A DNA stretch of 64,000 bases. Source: an uncultured virus (IMG/VR IMGVR_UViG_3300027708_000001) (Duplodnaviria; Heunggongvirae; Uroviricota; Caudoviricetes). Position 1 is the first letter of the stretch. Every line of letters begins with the position of its first letter. This document shows, piece by piece, positions 16,887-26,267 of the stretch. Below the pieces are notes generated by a model. That model saw nothing but the letters and a program-made list of their open reading frames with translations. It ran no database searches and had not been told where the DNA came from. The stretch is from the IMG/VR virus record IMGVR_UViG_3300027708_000001. One strand, 5' to 3'. Made by a program: the position numbers and the translations under genes.

Positions 16887-18715
16887 ACTTACTAACAATA
16901 GATTTTGAAACGTACTATGACAAGAGTACTTTCAGTCTATCTAAGATGACAACAGAAGAATATGTCAGGGATAGGCAGTTCGAAATTATTGGTGTGGCAG
17001 TCAAACTTAATGACGGTGAAACCGAATGGGCTAGCGGTACGCTCACACAGATTAGGGAGTTTTTAGAATACTATCCTTGGCACGATTCTATGATGATCGC
17101 ACATAACACTATGTTCGATGGGTTCATCATGTCGCAAGTAGTAGGGATTAAGCCACGAGTCTATGCAGACACATTGTGCATGGGGCGTGCACTGCACGGG
17201 GTTGAGGTGGGTGGCAGTCTTTCCGCATTAGCTGAGCGGTATAAGTTAGGGCAGAAAGGCACAGAAGTATTGGCAGCGTCAGGCAAGCGCCGGGTGGATT
17301 TTACTGATGAAGAACTGAGTCGATACGGTGATTATTGTATCAATGATGTAGAGCTAACCTATAGTTTGTTTAACGCAATGATAGCGAAGGGTTTTCCTAA
17401 ACAGGAAATGAAGTTAATTGACTTGACCCTGCGTATGTTCGTTGAGCCGAAACTAGATTTAAACCTACCCCTGCTTGATATGCACCTAGAAGAAGTGCGG
17501 GATAAGAAGCAAGCATTGTTAAATAGCGCAGGTGTATCTAAAGAGGACTTAGCCAGCAACCCGAAGTTTGCTGACCTGTTAAGAAGTTTAGGTGTTGAAC
17601 CCCCAATTAAGATCAGCTCCGCCACAGGTAAAGAGACATACGCTTTAGCTAAGAACGATGAAGAGTTTAAAACTCTAGCCGAACACCCAGATGTGCGGGT
17701 GCAAGCGTTAGTTTCAGCGCGGTTAGGTACAAAGTCTACGCTTGAAGAAACAAGGACTGAACGGTTCATCAACATTGCTAGACGAGGATTGATGCCTGTT
17801 CCCTTGAAATACTACGCGGCACACACTGGGCGTTGGGGTGGGAGTGACAGCTTAAACTTGCAGAACTTACCTTCGCGTGGGGCTAATGGTAATAGGTTAA
17901 AGAAAGCTATCGTAGCCCCGGATGGACACTACATTATCGATGCCGATTCTAGCCAAATTGAAGCGCGTGTGTTGGCATGGTTTGCAGGGCAGGATGATTT
18001 AGTCGAGGCATTCGCTAAGGGTGAAGATGTTTATAAGATCATGGCGAGTGCTATCTACAATAAGCCCATAGATCAGATTACTAAAGAGGAACGGTTTGTA
18101 GGTAAGACAACGATTCTAGGCGCAGGGTACGGCATGGGCGCGATTAAGTTCCGCGCACAGCTTAAGACGTTTGGTGCAGAGATTAGCGCAGAAGAAGCCG
18201 AACATATTATCGATGTGTACCGTGAGACTTACCCCTATATTGTAGGGTTGTGGAAGGAAGCACAGGTTGTGTTAAATGCACTGACTAGAAAGATGAGCGC
18301 ACCTTTAGGTAAAAAAGGTGTACTACGTATAATACCTAAAGAGAATGCGATACAGCTACCTAGCGGGTTATTAATGCGGTATGACGGATTGACTACCGAG
18401 GCTACAGAGGGTAATAAGACCCAATATGTATATAAGACCCGTGCAGGTATGAACAAGATATATGGGGGTAAAGTTATTGAGAATGTATGTCAAGCTATCG
18501 CTCGATGTATCATCGGGGAACAAATGTTAAAGATCGCTAAGAAATATAGTGTAGTCTTAACAGTGCATGATGCGATTGCGTGTATAGTGAAGAAAGAAGA
18601 TATTAAGGAAGCCCAAGCATATGTAGAAGAATGTATGCGATGGACTCCTGAGTGGGCGACAGGCTTGCCCGTTAATTGTGAGAGTGGATACGGAGAATCA
18701 TACGGTGACTGCTAA
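16883..18715 (+). CDS. polA: DNA polymerase, family A, with 3'-5' exonuclease
   Basis: DFETY ExoI, HTGRW, NLQNLP, DSSQIEAR, motif B R..GK..ILGAGYG, TVHD. Confidence 0.95.
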   Translation: MNLLTIDFETYYDKSTFSLSKMTTEEYVRDRQFEIIGVAVKLNDGETEWASGTLTQIREFLEYYPWHDSMMIAHNTMFDGFIMSQVVGIKPRVYADTLCMGRALHGVEVGGSLSALAERYKLGQKGTEVLAASGKRRVDFTDEELSRYGDYCINDVELTYSLFNAMIAKGFPKQEMKLIDLTLRMFVEPKLDLNLPLLDMHLEEVRDKKQALLNSAGVSKEDLASNPKFADLLRSLGVEPPIKISSATGKETYALAKNDEEFKTLAEHPDVRVQALVSARLGTKSTLEETRTERFINIARRGLMPVPLKYYAAHTGRWGGSDSLNLQNLPSRGANGNRLKKAIVAPDGHYIIDADSSQIEARVLAWFAGQDDLVEAFAKGEDVYKIMASAIYNKPIDQITKEERFVGKTTILGAGYGMGAIKFRAQLKTFGAEISAEEAEHIIDVYRETYPYIVGLWKEAQVVLNALTRKMSAPLGKKGVLRIIPKENAIQLPSGLLMRYDGLTTEATEGNKTQYVYKTRAGMNKIYGGKVIENVCQAIARCIIGEQMLKIAKKYSVVLTVHDAIACIVKKEDIKEAQAYVEECMRWTPEWATGLPVNCESGYGESYGDC

Positions 18716-19373
18716 CCCAACATGGTCTTATTCATCTATTAAGATGTTTGACCAGTGCCCTAAGAAGTACTATCACTTACGGGTATTAAAAGATGTGTCA
18801 GAACCTGAGACGGAGGCAACACGGTACGGTAAGTTGTTCCACTCAGCAGCAGAATATTACATTAGAGACGGTACACCACTACCCCCACAGTTTTCGTTTA
18901 TCAAGGATACCCTCGATAATCTAGCGAGGTTCCCGGGTGAGAAGTTATGTGAGCATGAGATGGCACTGACTGAGAACCTAGAGCCTTGCGACTTTAACGC
19001 ACCAGATAGATGGTGGCGGGGTATTGCTGACTTACTGATTATCAACGGCGATGAGGCACGGTGCGTAGACTACAAGACGGGCAAATCTGCTAAGTATGCT
19101 GATACAGATCAGTTAGAGTTGATGGCGATGGCGGTGTTTAAGCACTTCCCACAGGTTAAGAAGGTGAAGGCAGGGCTATTGTTTGTGATCAGTAAGAACT
19201 TTATTAAGAGTTCATACATGGCTGAGAATCAAGATAAGTTCTGGACTAAGTGGTTGAAGGAATACAACCGCATGAACGCAGCGTATAAGAACGATGTGTG
19301 GAATCCGCGCCCTAGTGGACTTTGCCGGGCGCATTGTTTAGTATTGGACTGTCCTCACAACGGAAGAAGCTAA
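18705..19373 (+). CDS. PD-(D/E)XK (Cas4/RecB-like) exonuclease
   Basis: WSYSS...QCP, GIADLL...VDYKTG, QL, C-terminal Cys cluster. Confidence 0.85.
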   Translation: MTANPTWSYSSIKMFDQCPKKYYHLRVLKDVSEPETEATRYGKLFHSAAEYYIRDGTPLPPQFSFIKDTLDNLARFPGEKLCEHEMALTENLEPCDFNAPDRWWRGIADLLIINGDEARCVDYKTGKSAKYADTDQLELMAMAVFKHFPQVKKVKAGLLFVISKNFIKSSYMAENQDKFWTKWLKEYNRMNAAYKNDVWNPRPSGLCRAHCLVLDCPHNGRS

Positions 19374-19621
19374 TGCCTTACGTTAACAAGCCAAGACCAC
19401 ACAAGAAAGAGTACCAACAGCAGTTGGAACGTGGCGAACACGAGAAGCGCATGGAGCGCCAACGTGCACGTAGAGAGTATGACAAGAAAGGAATTGATCG
19501 GACTGGTAAAGATATCGATCATGTAAAGATGTTGAGTAAAGGCGGTAAGAACAGTGATGGTCTACGCCTAGTTTCACCGAGCGTCAACCGTTCACGTAAC
19601 GGCAAAACAAAAAAGAAATAA
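19373..19621 (+). CDS. Small HNH endonuclease-like protein
   Basis: GKDIDHVKMLSKGG.N...LRLVSPSVNRSRN. Confidence 0.75.
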   Translation: MPYVNKPRPHKKEYQQQLERGEHEKRMERQRARREYDKKGIDRTGKDIDHVKMLSKGGKNSDGLRLVSPSVNRSRNGKTKKK

Positions 19622-19703
19622 GTAGTAGTTGTAGTTGCAGTAGGTAGGAGCAAGCGGACACCGCTTTTGCTCTATTACTGCTTGTTTGGAGAATGGAGAT
19701 TAG

Positions 19704-19901
19704 ATGAGACTAAGAACACTTACAGCAGAAGAAACGATGTGCAGACGGGACTTAATTAAGGAATACCGTAGGCATCAGCTAGAGATTAAACGCCTACGTG
19801 ATCTATGCGCTAGATACAAAACAGAGATAAAAGAACTACAAACTAACCGCACATTACTATTGTGGCAATTAGAGGATACTAATGGAAATCGTAGCGAATA
19901 A
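19704..19901 (+). CDS. Small coiled-coil hypothetical protein
   Basis: GGAG RBS; overlaps helicase start. Confidence 0.55.
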   Translation: MRLRTLTAEETMCRRDLIKEYRRHQLEIKRLRDLCARYKTEIKELQTNRTLLLWQLEDTNGNRSE

Positions 19902-21420
19902 AGCACTACTACTTAAGCTACGTAACCCCGGAAAAGTTACGACAGTTATACCAAAGAGTAAACAAGTTAACGAGAATGAGGTTGTTGTGCACTGGGGCCT
20001 AGACGAAGCTCAGGTACTTAAAAATCTCAAGATCAAGGATGTGCCTTCTCCCATACTTAAAGACTACAAGTGGCCCGGTGCGTATAAACCGTTTGACCAT
20101 CAACGGGAGACAGCGGCGTTTTTAACCCTGCACCGTAGGGCATTCTGCTTAAATGAGCAGGGTACTGGCAAAACCGGATCGGTCATATGGGCAACAGATT
20201 ACTTGATGAGTATAGGCCGAATCAAACGTGCACTGGTGATCTGCCCTTTGTCTATTATGGACAGCGCATGGCGTGCCGATTTATTCAAGCTAGCAATGCA
20301 CCGCAAAGTAGACATCGCATATGGGTCACGTGAGAAGCGACTACAGATTATTAACTCCGATGCTGAGTTCGTCATCATTAACTATGACGGCGTAGAGATC
20401 GTCAAAGATACTATTGCTGAGGGTGGGTTTGACCTAGTTATTATCGATGAGGCTAACGCATATAAGAATGTAGCGACTACTCGATGGAAGACACTCAATA
20501 AGATCTTGAAGCCTGAGACATGGCTATGGATGATGACGGGTACACCTGCGGCGCAGTCCCCAGTAGATGCGTATGGTTTAGCTAAACTTGTTAACCCGTC
20601 GGGTGTGCCCAAGTATGCAGGGTCATTCAAAGACATGGTGATGTACAAGATAACCCAGTTTAAGTGGTCGGTGCGTTCTAACGCAGACAAGATTGTATTC
20701 GAGGCATTGCAACCCGCGATTCGATATACCAAGGAAGAGTGCTTAGACTTGCCTGACATGACGTATGTGACACGGGTGGTAGAGCTTACCCCGCAGCAGA
20801 AGAAGTACTATGAGGCACTACGGAAACAGTTAGTAGTTCAAGCAGCGGGTGAGCAAGTCACAGCAGTGAATGCAGCAGTAGGGTTAAGCAAGCTACTACA
20901 AATATCTTGTGGCGCAGTGTATTCAGATTCGGGGGAAACTCTGGAATTCGATATCAGCGCTAGATATAAAGTGATGCGAGAAGTCATTGATGAGACTAAA
21001 CAAAAAATTATTATCTTCGTACCGTTCAAACACACGATACAATTACTGTCCTCAAAGTTGCAGGAGGATGGGTTCAGCACTGAGATTATAAGCGGGGAAG
21101 TATCTGCGGGTCGCCGTGCCGAAATCTTTAGGAACTTTCAGACTGCACCTGATCCTCGGGTGCTAATTATTCAACCACAAGCTGCCGCACATGGGGTAAC
21201 CTTAACGGCTGCGGATACAATCATTTGGTGGGGGCCGACCCCTAGCTTAGAAATTTATGCCCAAGCAAACGCACGGGCGCACCGAGCAGGGCAGAAACAT
21301 CCGGTCACTGTAGTACGTTTACAGGGGTCAAATGCAGAGAAACACCTATATAAAATGTTAGATACAAAGATAGACCACCACGAAAAATTAGTCGATCTTT
21401 ACAAAGATTTGCTTGACTAA
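19882..21420 (+). CDS. SNF2-family (SF2) helicase
   Basis: EQGTGKT, IIDEA, TGTP, HGVTLT, QANARAHRAGQ. Confidence 0.9.
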   Translation: MEIVANKALLLKLRNPGKVTTVIPKSKQVNENEVVVHWGLDEAQVLKNLKIKDVPSPILKDYKWPGAYKPFDHQRETAAFLTLHRRAFCLNEQGTGKTGSVIWATDYLMSIGRIKRALVICPLSIMDSAWRADLFKLAMHRKVDIAYGSREKRLQIINSDAEFVIINYDGVEIVKDTIAEGGFDLVIIDEANAYKNVATTRWKTLNKILKPETWLWMMTGTPAAQSPVDAYGLAKLVNPSGVPKYAGSFKDMVMYKITQFKWSVRSNADKIVFEALQPAIRYTKEECLDLPDMTYVTRVVELTPQQKKYYEALRKQLVVQAAGEQVTAVNAAVGLSKLLQISCGAVYSDSGETLEFDISARYKVMREVIDETKQKIIIFVPFKHTIQLLSSKLQEDGFSTEIISGEVSAGRRAEIFRNFQTAPDPRVLIIQPQAAAHGVTLTAADTIIWWGPTPSLEIYAQANARAHRAGQKHPVTVVRLQGSNAEKHLYKMLDTKIDHHEKLVDLYKDLLD

Positions 21421-21441
21421 GATAGACTTTGATAGTAGATT
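21413..21441 (+). promoter_or_regulatory. Putative sigma70 promoter
   Basis: TTGACT-17 bp-TAGATT in gap before 21499 gene. Confidence 0.55.
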
Positions 21442-21498
21442 TGCAACTCGTAGTTAGAAAGCCATAAGGCTCAGCTACATAACTTAATGGAGAATGGT

Positions 21499-21921
21499 AT
21501 GTCAGACAGCACGTCCGATGAGGGTAATGTTCCCCTCGAAAAACTCACCCGCGTATATATCAAGATGCGCGATAAGAAAGCCGAACTTTCCGCAGACCTA
21601 GAAGCGCAGATCGCTAAGATCGATGAGTCTATGAAAGCAGTGAAGTCCGCGATTCTTGAACATATGAAATCCATCAACGCTACGAGTATTAGCACCGAGT
21701 TCGGTACGCTCATTCGTACTACTCGCACAACTTATACGACTACCGATTGGGATTCTATGGGCAAGTTTATTCTTGAGCATCAAGCCCCAGAGTTGTTAGA
21801 GAAGCGCCTACACCAAGGCAACATGAAGACCTTTCTTGAAAACAACCCTGATGTACTACCCCCCGGGCTTAATGCTAACAGTGAGTATTCTGTAACTGTT
21901 AGAAGGAGCAAAAATGGCTGA
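21499..21921 (+). CDS. Conserved phage replication-module protein (coiled coil + STEFGT motif)
   Basis: YIKMRD, TEFGT, DWD, LLEKRL, PPGLN motifs; precedes SSB-like gene. Confidence 0.7.
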   Translation: MSDSTSDEGNVPLEKLTRVYIKMRDKKAELSADLEAQIAKIDESMKAVKSAILEHMKSINATSISTEFGTLIRTTRTTYTTTDWDSMGKFILEHQAPELLEKRLHQGNMKTFLENNPDVLPPGLNANSEYSVTVRRSKNG

Positions 21922-22162
21922 AGAAGCTTTCGTACCGCTTGAAGAGGTAGCAAGATATTTTGCAGTATCTATCTCGACTGTGCGTTCGTGGATTCGGAAT
22001 GGTGATATTCCTGCGCTCAAGGTAGGTGGTGTATACCGCTTTAAGCTGAGCGAAACGGAAGAAGCTATACGTAAGATGAACGGAGATGTACCAATAGCGC
22101 AAATATATGATGTTAATACTGCGCAAGTAGAGTTTGATTTTAACCCCAACGATGATGTTTAA
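21914..22162 (+). CDS. Excisionase-like HTH DNA-binding protein
   Basis: EEVARYFAVSISTVRSWIRNGDIPALKVGGVYRF. Confidence 0.85.
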   Translation: MAEEAFVPLEEVARYFAVSISTVRSWIRNGDIPALKVGGVYRFKLSETEEAIRKMNGDVPIAQIYDVNTAQVEFDFNPNDDV

Positions 22163-22171
22163 GGAGAATGT

Positions 22172-23065
22172 ATGAGTACCGATTTAGCTTTGTTTAAAGG
22201 TGGTTTGCCCTCATTTCTTAAAGGCGCAACCGATAGTATTACTTCAGCATTGGCAGGGAGCCCTAGTGGTAACCGCCGTATTAGTATCAAGGGTGGTGTA
22301 TTCCGTGAGATCGTAGGTGGCGAAGAATATCGCGTATCTGAAGATCGTGCGATGAATGTAATTATCATCAACGCCGCACCGAATATTGGACGTACTTACT
22401 ACAGTGGTACTTATGTAGAAGGTGAGAACGCAGCACCAGTATGTTGGTCAGCAGATGGTAAGACTCCATCAGAAACAGCAAGTGCCCCTCAGTCTAACAA
22501 CTGCTTACATTGCCCCCAGAATATTAAGGGTAGCGGTCAGGGTGAAAGCCGCGCGTGCCGATTCTCTCAGCGTATTGCTGTGTTGATTGAAGGTGAAGTT
22601 GAGCAAGAGCAGGTGTATCAGTTAACCCTTCCTTCGACATCGATCTTTGGTAATGAAGACAAGAACAAGATGCCTTTGCAAGCTTATGCACGTTGGTTAG
22701 CAAGTAATCAAGCACCGATCTTTGGTGTAGTTACTGAGATGCGTTTCGATACTGCTAGCCCAACACCTAAGTTGGTATTTAAAGCAGTACGTTCTATTAC
22801 TGAGTCTGAGTATGAAGTTGTTCAGCGTTTGATGCATGCACCTGAGACTATCAACGCAATCACGATGACTGTGGCGCAAAAGGATAGCGAGGCTGACAAG
22901 GAAGCGTTTGCCCCTGCACCTAAATCGACCGCACCGAAACTAGCAGCACCCATGCAAGCTGTAGAAGCGGAAGAAGTTGAAGAACCAAAGAAAGCACCCA
23001 CTAAGAAAGCCCCCCCTGTAAACGAATCTAAGTTAGAAGACTTAGTTGGTGAATGGGACGATTGA
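22172..23065 (+). CDS. Probable ssDNA-binding/annealing protein
   Basis: RISIKGG, CWS.DG..P, C..CPQN..GS...ACR; acidic aromatic tail GEWDD; position between helicase and primase. Confidence 0.6.
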   Translation: MSTDLALFKGGLPSFLKGATDSITSALAGSPSGNRRISIKGGVFREIVGGEEYRVSEDRAMNVIIINAAPNIGRTYYSGTYVEGENAAPVCWSADGKTPSETASAPQSNNCLHCPQNIKGSGQGESRACRFSQRIAVLIEGEVEQEQVYQLTLPSTSIFGNEDKNKMPLQAYARWLASNQAPIFGVVTEMRFDTASPTPKLVFKAVRSITESEYEVVQRLMHAPETINAITMTVAQKDSEADKEAFAPAPKSTAPKLAAPMQAVEAEEVEEPKKAPTKKAPPVNESKLEDLVGEWDD

Positions 23066-23118
23066 GTAATTAGGGTACGGGGGTAGCATTGGGTTACCCC
23101 CCTTAGCTTGGGTGGCTG

Positions 23119-25968
23119 ATGGATAACTTAGATTTCTTGCAGCATGTCCTAGGTAACGATGGATATTACTGCATAGTCGGATTAAAAAAGGGATCGGATA
23201 GGCCAATACAAAAATTCTTTCAAAGACTAGAAGATGCTGCATCTGTGGCACGGAATCTAGCGGAAGAGGAATACGATGCGTACTACGCACTGGCAACATT
23301 CGAGGATGGAAAATCACGCAAGACAGCAAACGTCAAACAACTACGATCTCTCTTTCTCGATCTAGATTGTGGCGAAGGGAAACCATATGAAACTCAATCT
23401 GTAGCATTTAACGCACTAAAAACATTCTGTAGAAATACAGGGATGCCTCGTCCTACCGTAGTTAATTCTGGTGGCGGCGTGCATGTCTACTGGGCGCTAG
23501 CTGAACCTATAACAGCAGAGCAATGGTTGCCGCTTGCTACTAAGTTAAAGCAGTTATGCGATGAGCATGACTTAGATGCTGACCCTGTGGTTACTGCAGA
23601 CGCAGTACGTATTTTACGTGTGCCGGGTACACTGAACTATAAGCTCGACACCGCACGTCCTGTTAAAGTATTTAAGGATGACCTTGCACCTGCACATACC
23701 TATGAGGATTTAAAAGAGATTCTCGGGGAGCCTATCGTTCTTCGTAAGTCGTATATCCCTCGTGGCGAACCGGATGAAGTTACTAAAAATATCTTAGGTA
23801 ATTACAGCAATAGATTTAAAACTATTCTTCTTAAGACATTAAAGGGGCAGGGGTGTCAGCAAATTAGACATATCTTAGAGAACCAACATAACTTATCTGA
23901 ACCAATGTGGCGGGCGGGATTATCTATCGCTAAGTTTTGCGTGGATGCTGAAACTGCGATAGAGCGTATATCAAGTAAACACCCAAACTATTCTGTGGAA
24001 GCTACTGACCGTAAAGTGCACGGTATTAAGGGCGGCCCATATTTGTGCGATAGGTTTAGCGAGTACAACCCGGGCGGGTGCGATGGTTGCCCTAACAAGG
24101 GTTTAGTTAAATCCCCTATCGTTCTAGGGCGTGAAGTACTAGAGGCAACAGATGAAGATAACATTATTCAGGACACGCCCGAGATCGATAAAAATAACAC
24201 GCAGATATATGTTATTCCTAAGTATCCTGATCCGTATTTTCGGGGTAAGGTACGCGGTATTTTTAAGCGGTCATTTCAGGTATCTAAAGATGATGATCCG
24301 GAAGATGTAAAAGAAACAATGATATATCCATACGATATGTATGTGACACGGCGCTTGCTCGATGCCGAGGTGGGGGAGGCAATAGTGGTACGACTGCATT
24401 TACCGAAAGATGGTGTGCGGGAGTTTACTATACCGCTAACTTCAGTTTCCTCTAAAGATGAACTACGTAAAGAATTATCTAAGCGTGGTGTGGCATTGGC
24501 TAAGTTTGATGACTTGATGTATTACATGATGACATGGGTGACTACTATGCAACAGACAGGAAGAGCCGACACAGCACGGCGACAATTTGGATGGGTGGAC
24601 GATAAGTTTGAGGCTTTCGTATTAGGGGATCGAGAGATAAGTAAAGACCGTATAGATTACAACCCCCCATCAGCAGCGACAGCACAACTGATCCCCGCTT
24701 TCGATCCTAAGGGTGACCTAGATACTTGGAAGAGTGTGATGGAGTTTTATAATCGGCCCGATATGCAGCTACACCAGTTTATGATTGGTGCGTGCTTTGG
24801 ATCTATCTTTACTAAGTTCACCCCTATCTTTGGTGCGATTCTGCATGTATATAGCCCAGATTCCGGTATTGGTAAAACCACTGCATACCAAGCCGGGATG
24901 AGCATGTGGGGCGATCCGTCTAAGCTTATTACTAAAGATGACGACACGAAGAACTCTAAGTTCAACCGTGCTGAAATCCTCAACAACGTAGCGTTGTGTA
25001 TTGATGAGCTAACTAACGCAGATGCTAAGACTTGCAGTGAGCTTGCCTATACCTTTACATCAGGACAGCAGCGTAACCGTATGTCGGGTTCATCTAACTT
25101 AGAACGGCATAGAGGTAATCCGTGGAACACACTAGCACTCACTAATGGTAACTCTTCGATGATCGAGAAGATGAGTGCCTATAAAGCCCTACCTAAAGGT
25201 GAGGCGATGCGGGTATTAGAGTTTCGCGCAACCGCTGTAGCCGGGCTAGATAAACAAGTGACTGACTCACTAAGCAATAAGATATTAAACAACTACGGTT
25301 TAGCTGCGACTCCATACCTACAGTACATTATGAATGATGTAGAGAACATCAAGGAGCTTTACAAAAGCACCCAGAAAAGGCTTGATGAACTATGTGGTTT
25401 TGGACCTGCGGACCGATTTCATTCTGTAATCGTAACTGATGCAATCATGGGGTTAATTATTGCTAAGAAAGCCGGGCTGATTAATTTTGATATTCAGAAC
25501 GTAGTGAAGTGGATAGCCGCTGCAATGAAAAGAATTAAGGCTAACTATGAAGGTTTAGACATGGATGCTGAGGGTGTTATCACTGACTACATCACTGAGA
25601 ACTGGAGAAACATACTACGTATTAGAAGCACCGAAGACGCACGGTCAGAGAAGGATATGCTTGACCATATCGTTGTGCCGGATCAATCCCCGCAGTTCCA
25701 ATTAATTGCTAGGCTCGAATACGATATAGCTAGGTATTTCTTTTATCTCGCCCCACTTAAAGCTTGGTGCGTTAAACGACAGATCAACTATGAAGGTCTT
25801 ATCGATGCCCTAAAGAGTGGACGTGCTAGGGGTAGGATTGAGAAGAAGCGTATGGGTAAAGGTACGCGGGTGACATTAGCAGCGACTAGTGTATTAGTAA
25901 TTGATGCAGCAGCGTTTAACGATGACATCGAAAAATCGATCCCGGTACTTTCAGCTTCGGCGGCTTAG
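23119..25968 (+). CDS. Primase (AEP/RepB-like) fused to DUF927 helicase
   Basis: FLDLD, SGGGVHVYW, RILRVPGTLN; C..C Zn motif; FGW, Walker A SGIGKTT, CIDE. Confidence 0.85.
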   Translation: MDNLDFLQHVLGNDGYYCIVGLKKGSDRPIQKFFQRLEDAASVARNLAEEEYDAYYALATFEDGKSRKTANVKQLRSLFLDLDCGEGKPYETQSVAFNALKTFCRNTGMPRPTVVNSGGGVHVYWALAEPITAEQWLPLATKLKQLCDEHDLDADPVVTADAVRILRVPGTLNYKLDTARPVKVFKDDLAPAHTYEDLKEILGEPIVLRKSYIPRGEPDEVTKNILGNYSNRFKTILLKTLKGQGCQQIRHILENQHNLSEPMWRAGLSIAKFCVDAETAIERISSKHPNYSVEATDRKVHGIKGGPYLCDRFSEYNPGGCDGCPNKGLVKSPIVLGREVLEATDEDNIIQDTPEIDKNNTQIYVIPKYPDPYFRGKVRGIFKRSFQVSKDDDPEDVKETMIYPYDMYVTRRLLDAEVGEAIVVRLHLPKDGVREFTIPLTSVSSKDELRKELSKRGVALAKFDDLMYYMMTWVTTMQQTGRADTARRQFGWVDDKFEAFVLGDREISKDRIDYNPPSAATAQLIPAFDPKGDLDTWKSVMEFYNRPDMQLHQFMIGACFGSIFTKFTPIFGAILHVYSPDSGIGKTTAYQAGMSMWGDPSKLITKDDDTKNSKFNRAEILNNVALCIDELTNADAKTCSELAYTFTSGQQRNRMSGSSNLERHRGNPWNTLALTNGNSSMIEKMSAYKALPKGEAMRVLEFRATAVAGLDKQVTDSLSNKILNNYGLAATPYLQYIMNDVENIKELYKSTQKRLDELCGFGPADRFHSVIVTDAIMGLIIAKKAGLINFDIQNVVKWIAAAMKRIKANYEGLDMDAEGVITDYITENWRNILRIRSTEDARSEKDMLDHIVVPDQSPQFQLIARLEYDIARYFFYLAPLKAWCVKRQINYEGLIDALKSGRARGRIEKKRMGKGTRVTLAATSVLVIDAAAFNDDIEKSIPVLSASAA

Positions 25969-26176
25969 AACCGATCAGGTATGTCCTGATGGGGTTGTTA
26001 TAAATATAGACTGGCATGCTATGGAAGTTGGCATGTCAGTTTTTATCCCCGCAGTAAACTTACCTGTGCTAGAAACTCAAGTAGGAATTGTAGCTAAAAC
26101 CCTTAACATAACATTGAAAGGGTATGACCGAATCGAGAATGGTAAATTAGGTATGCGCTTCTGGAGAACTTTGTAG
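25922..26176 (+). CDS. Hypothetical protein
   Basis: W..MEVGMSVFIP...GMRFWR; last gene of plus-strand block. Confidence 0.65.
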   Translation: MTSKNRSRYFQLRRLRTDQVCPDGVVINIDWHAMEVGMSVFIPAVNLPVLETQVGIVAKTLNITLKGYDRIENGKLGMRFWRTL

Positions 26177-26188
26177 TATAATGGCGGC

Positions 26189-26267
26189 GCGACAATCCAT
26201 TCTCCTTTTGTTGCATGGTGTCTCCTCCTCTTCGCCCCCCACTCTCCCTTGGGGGGCATTTTTTTTT
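26189..26267 (+). ncRNA. Candidate small RNA with CU-rich anti-SD segments
   Basis: TATAAT at 26177-26182; hairpin GCGACAA/TTGTTGC; TCTCC three times; ends in terminator. Confidence 0.45.
26234..26267 (+). terminator. Rho-independent terminator at convergence of early and late blocks
   Basis: GCCCCCCA/TGGGGGGC stem followed by T9. Confidence 0.85.

Noticed and set aside
21914..22162. Evidence of lysogeny from the excisionase-like gene
   Set aside because: No integrase, att site or CI-like repressor recognised; such HTH genes occur in replication modules.
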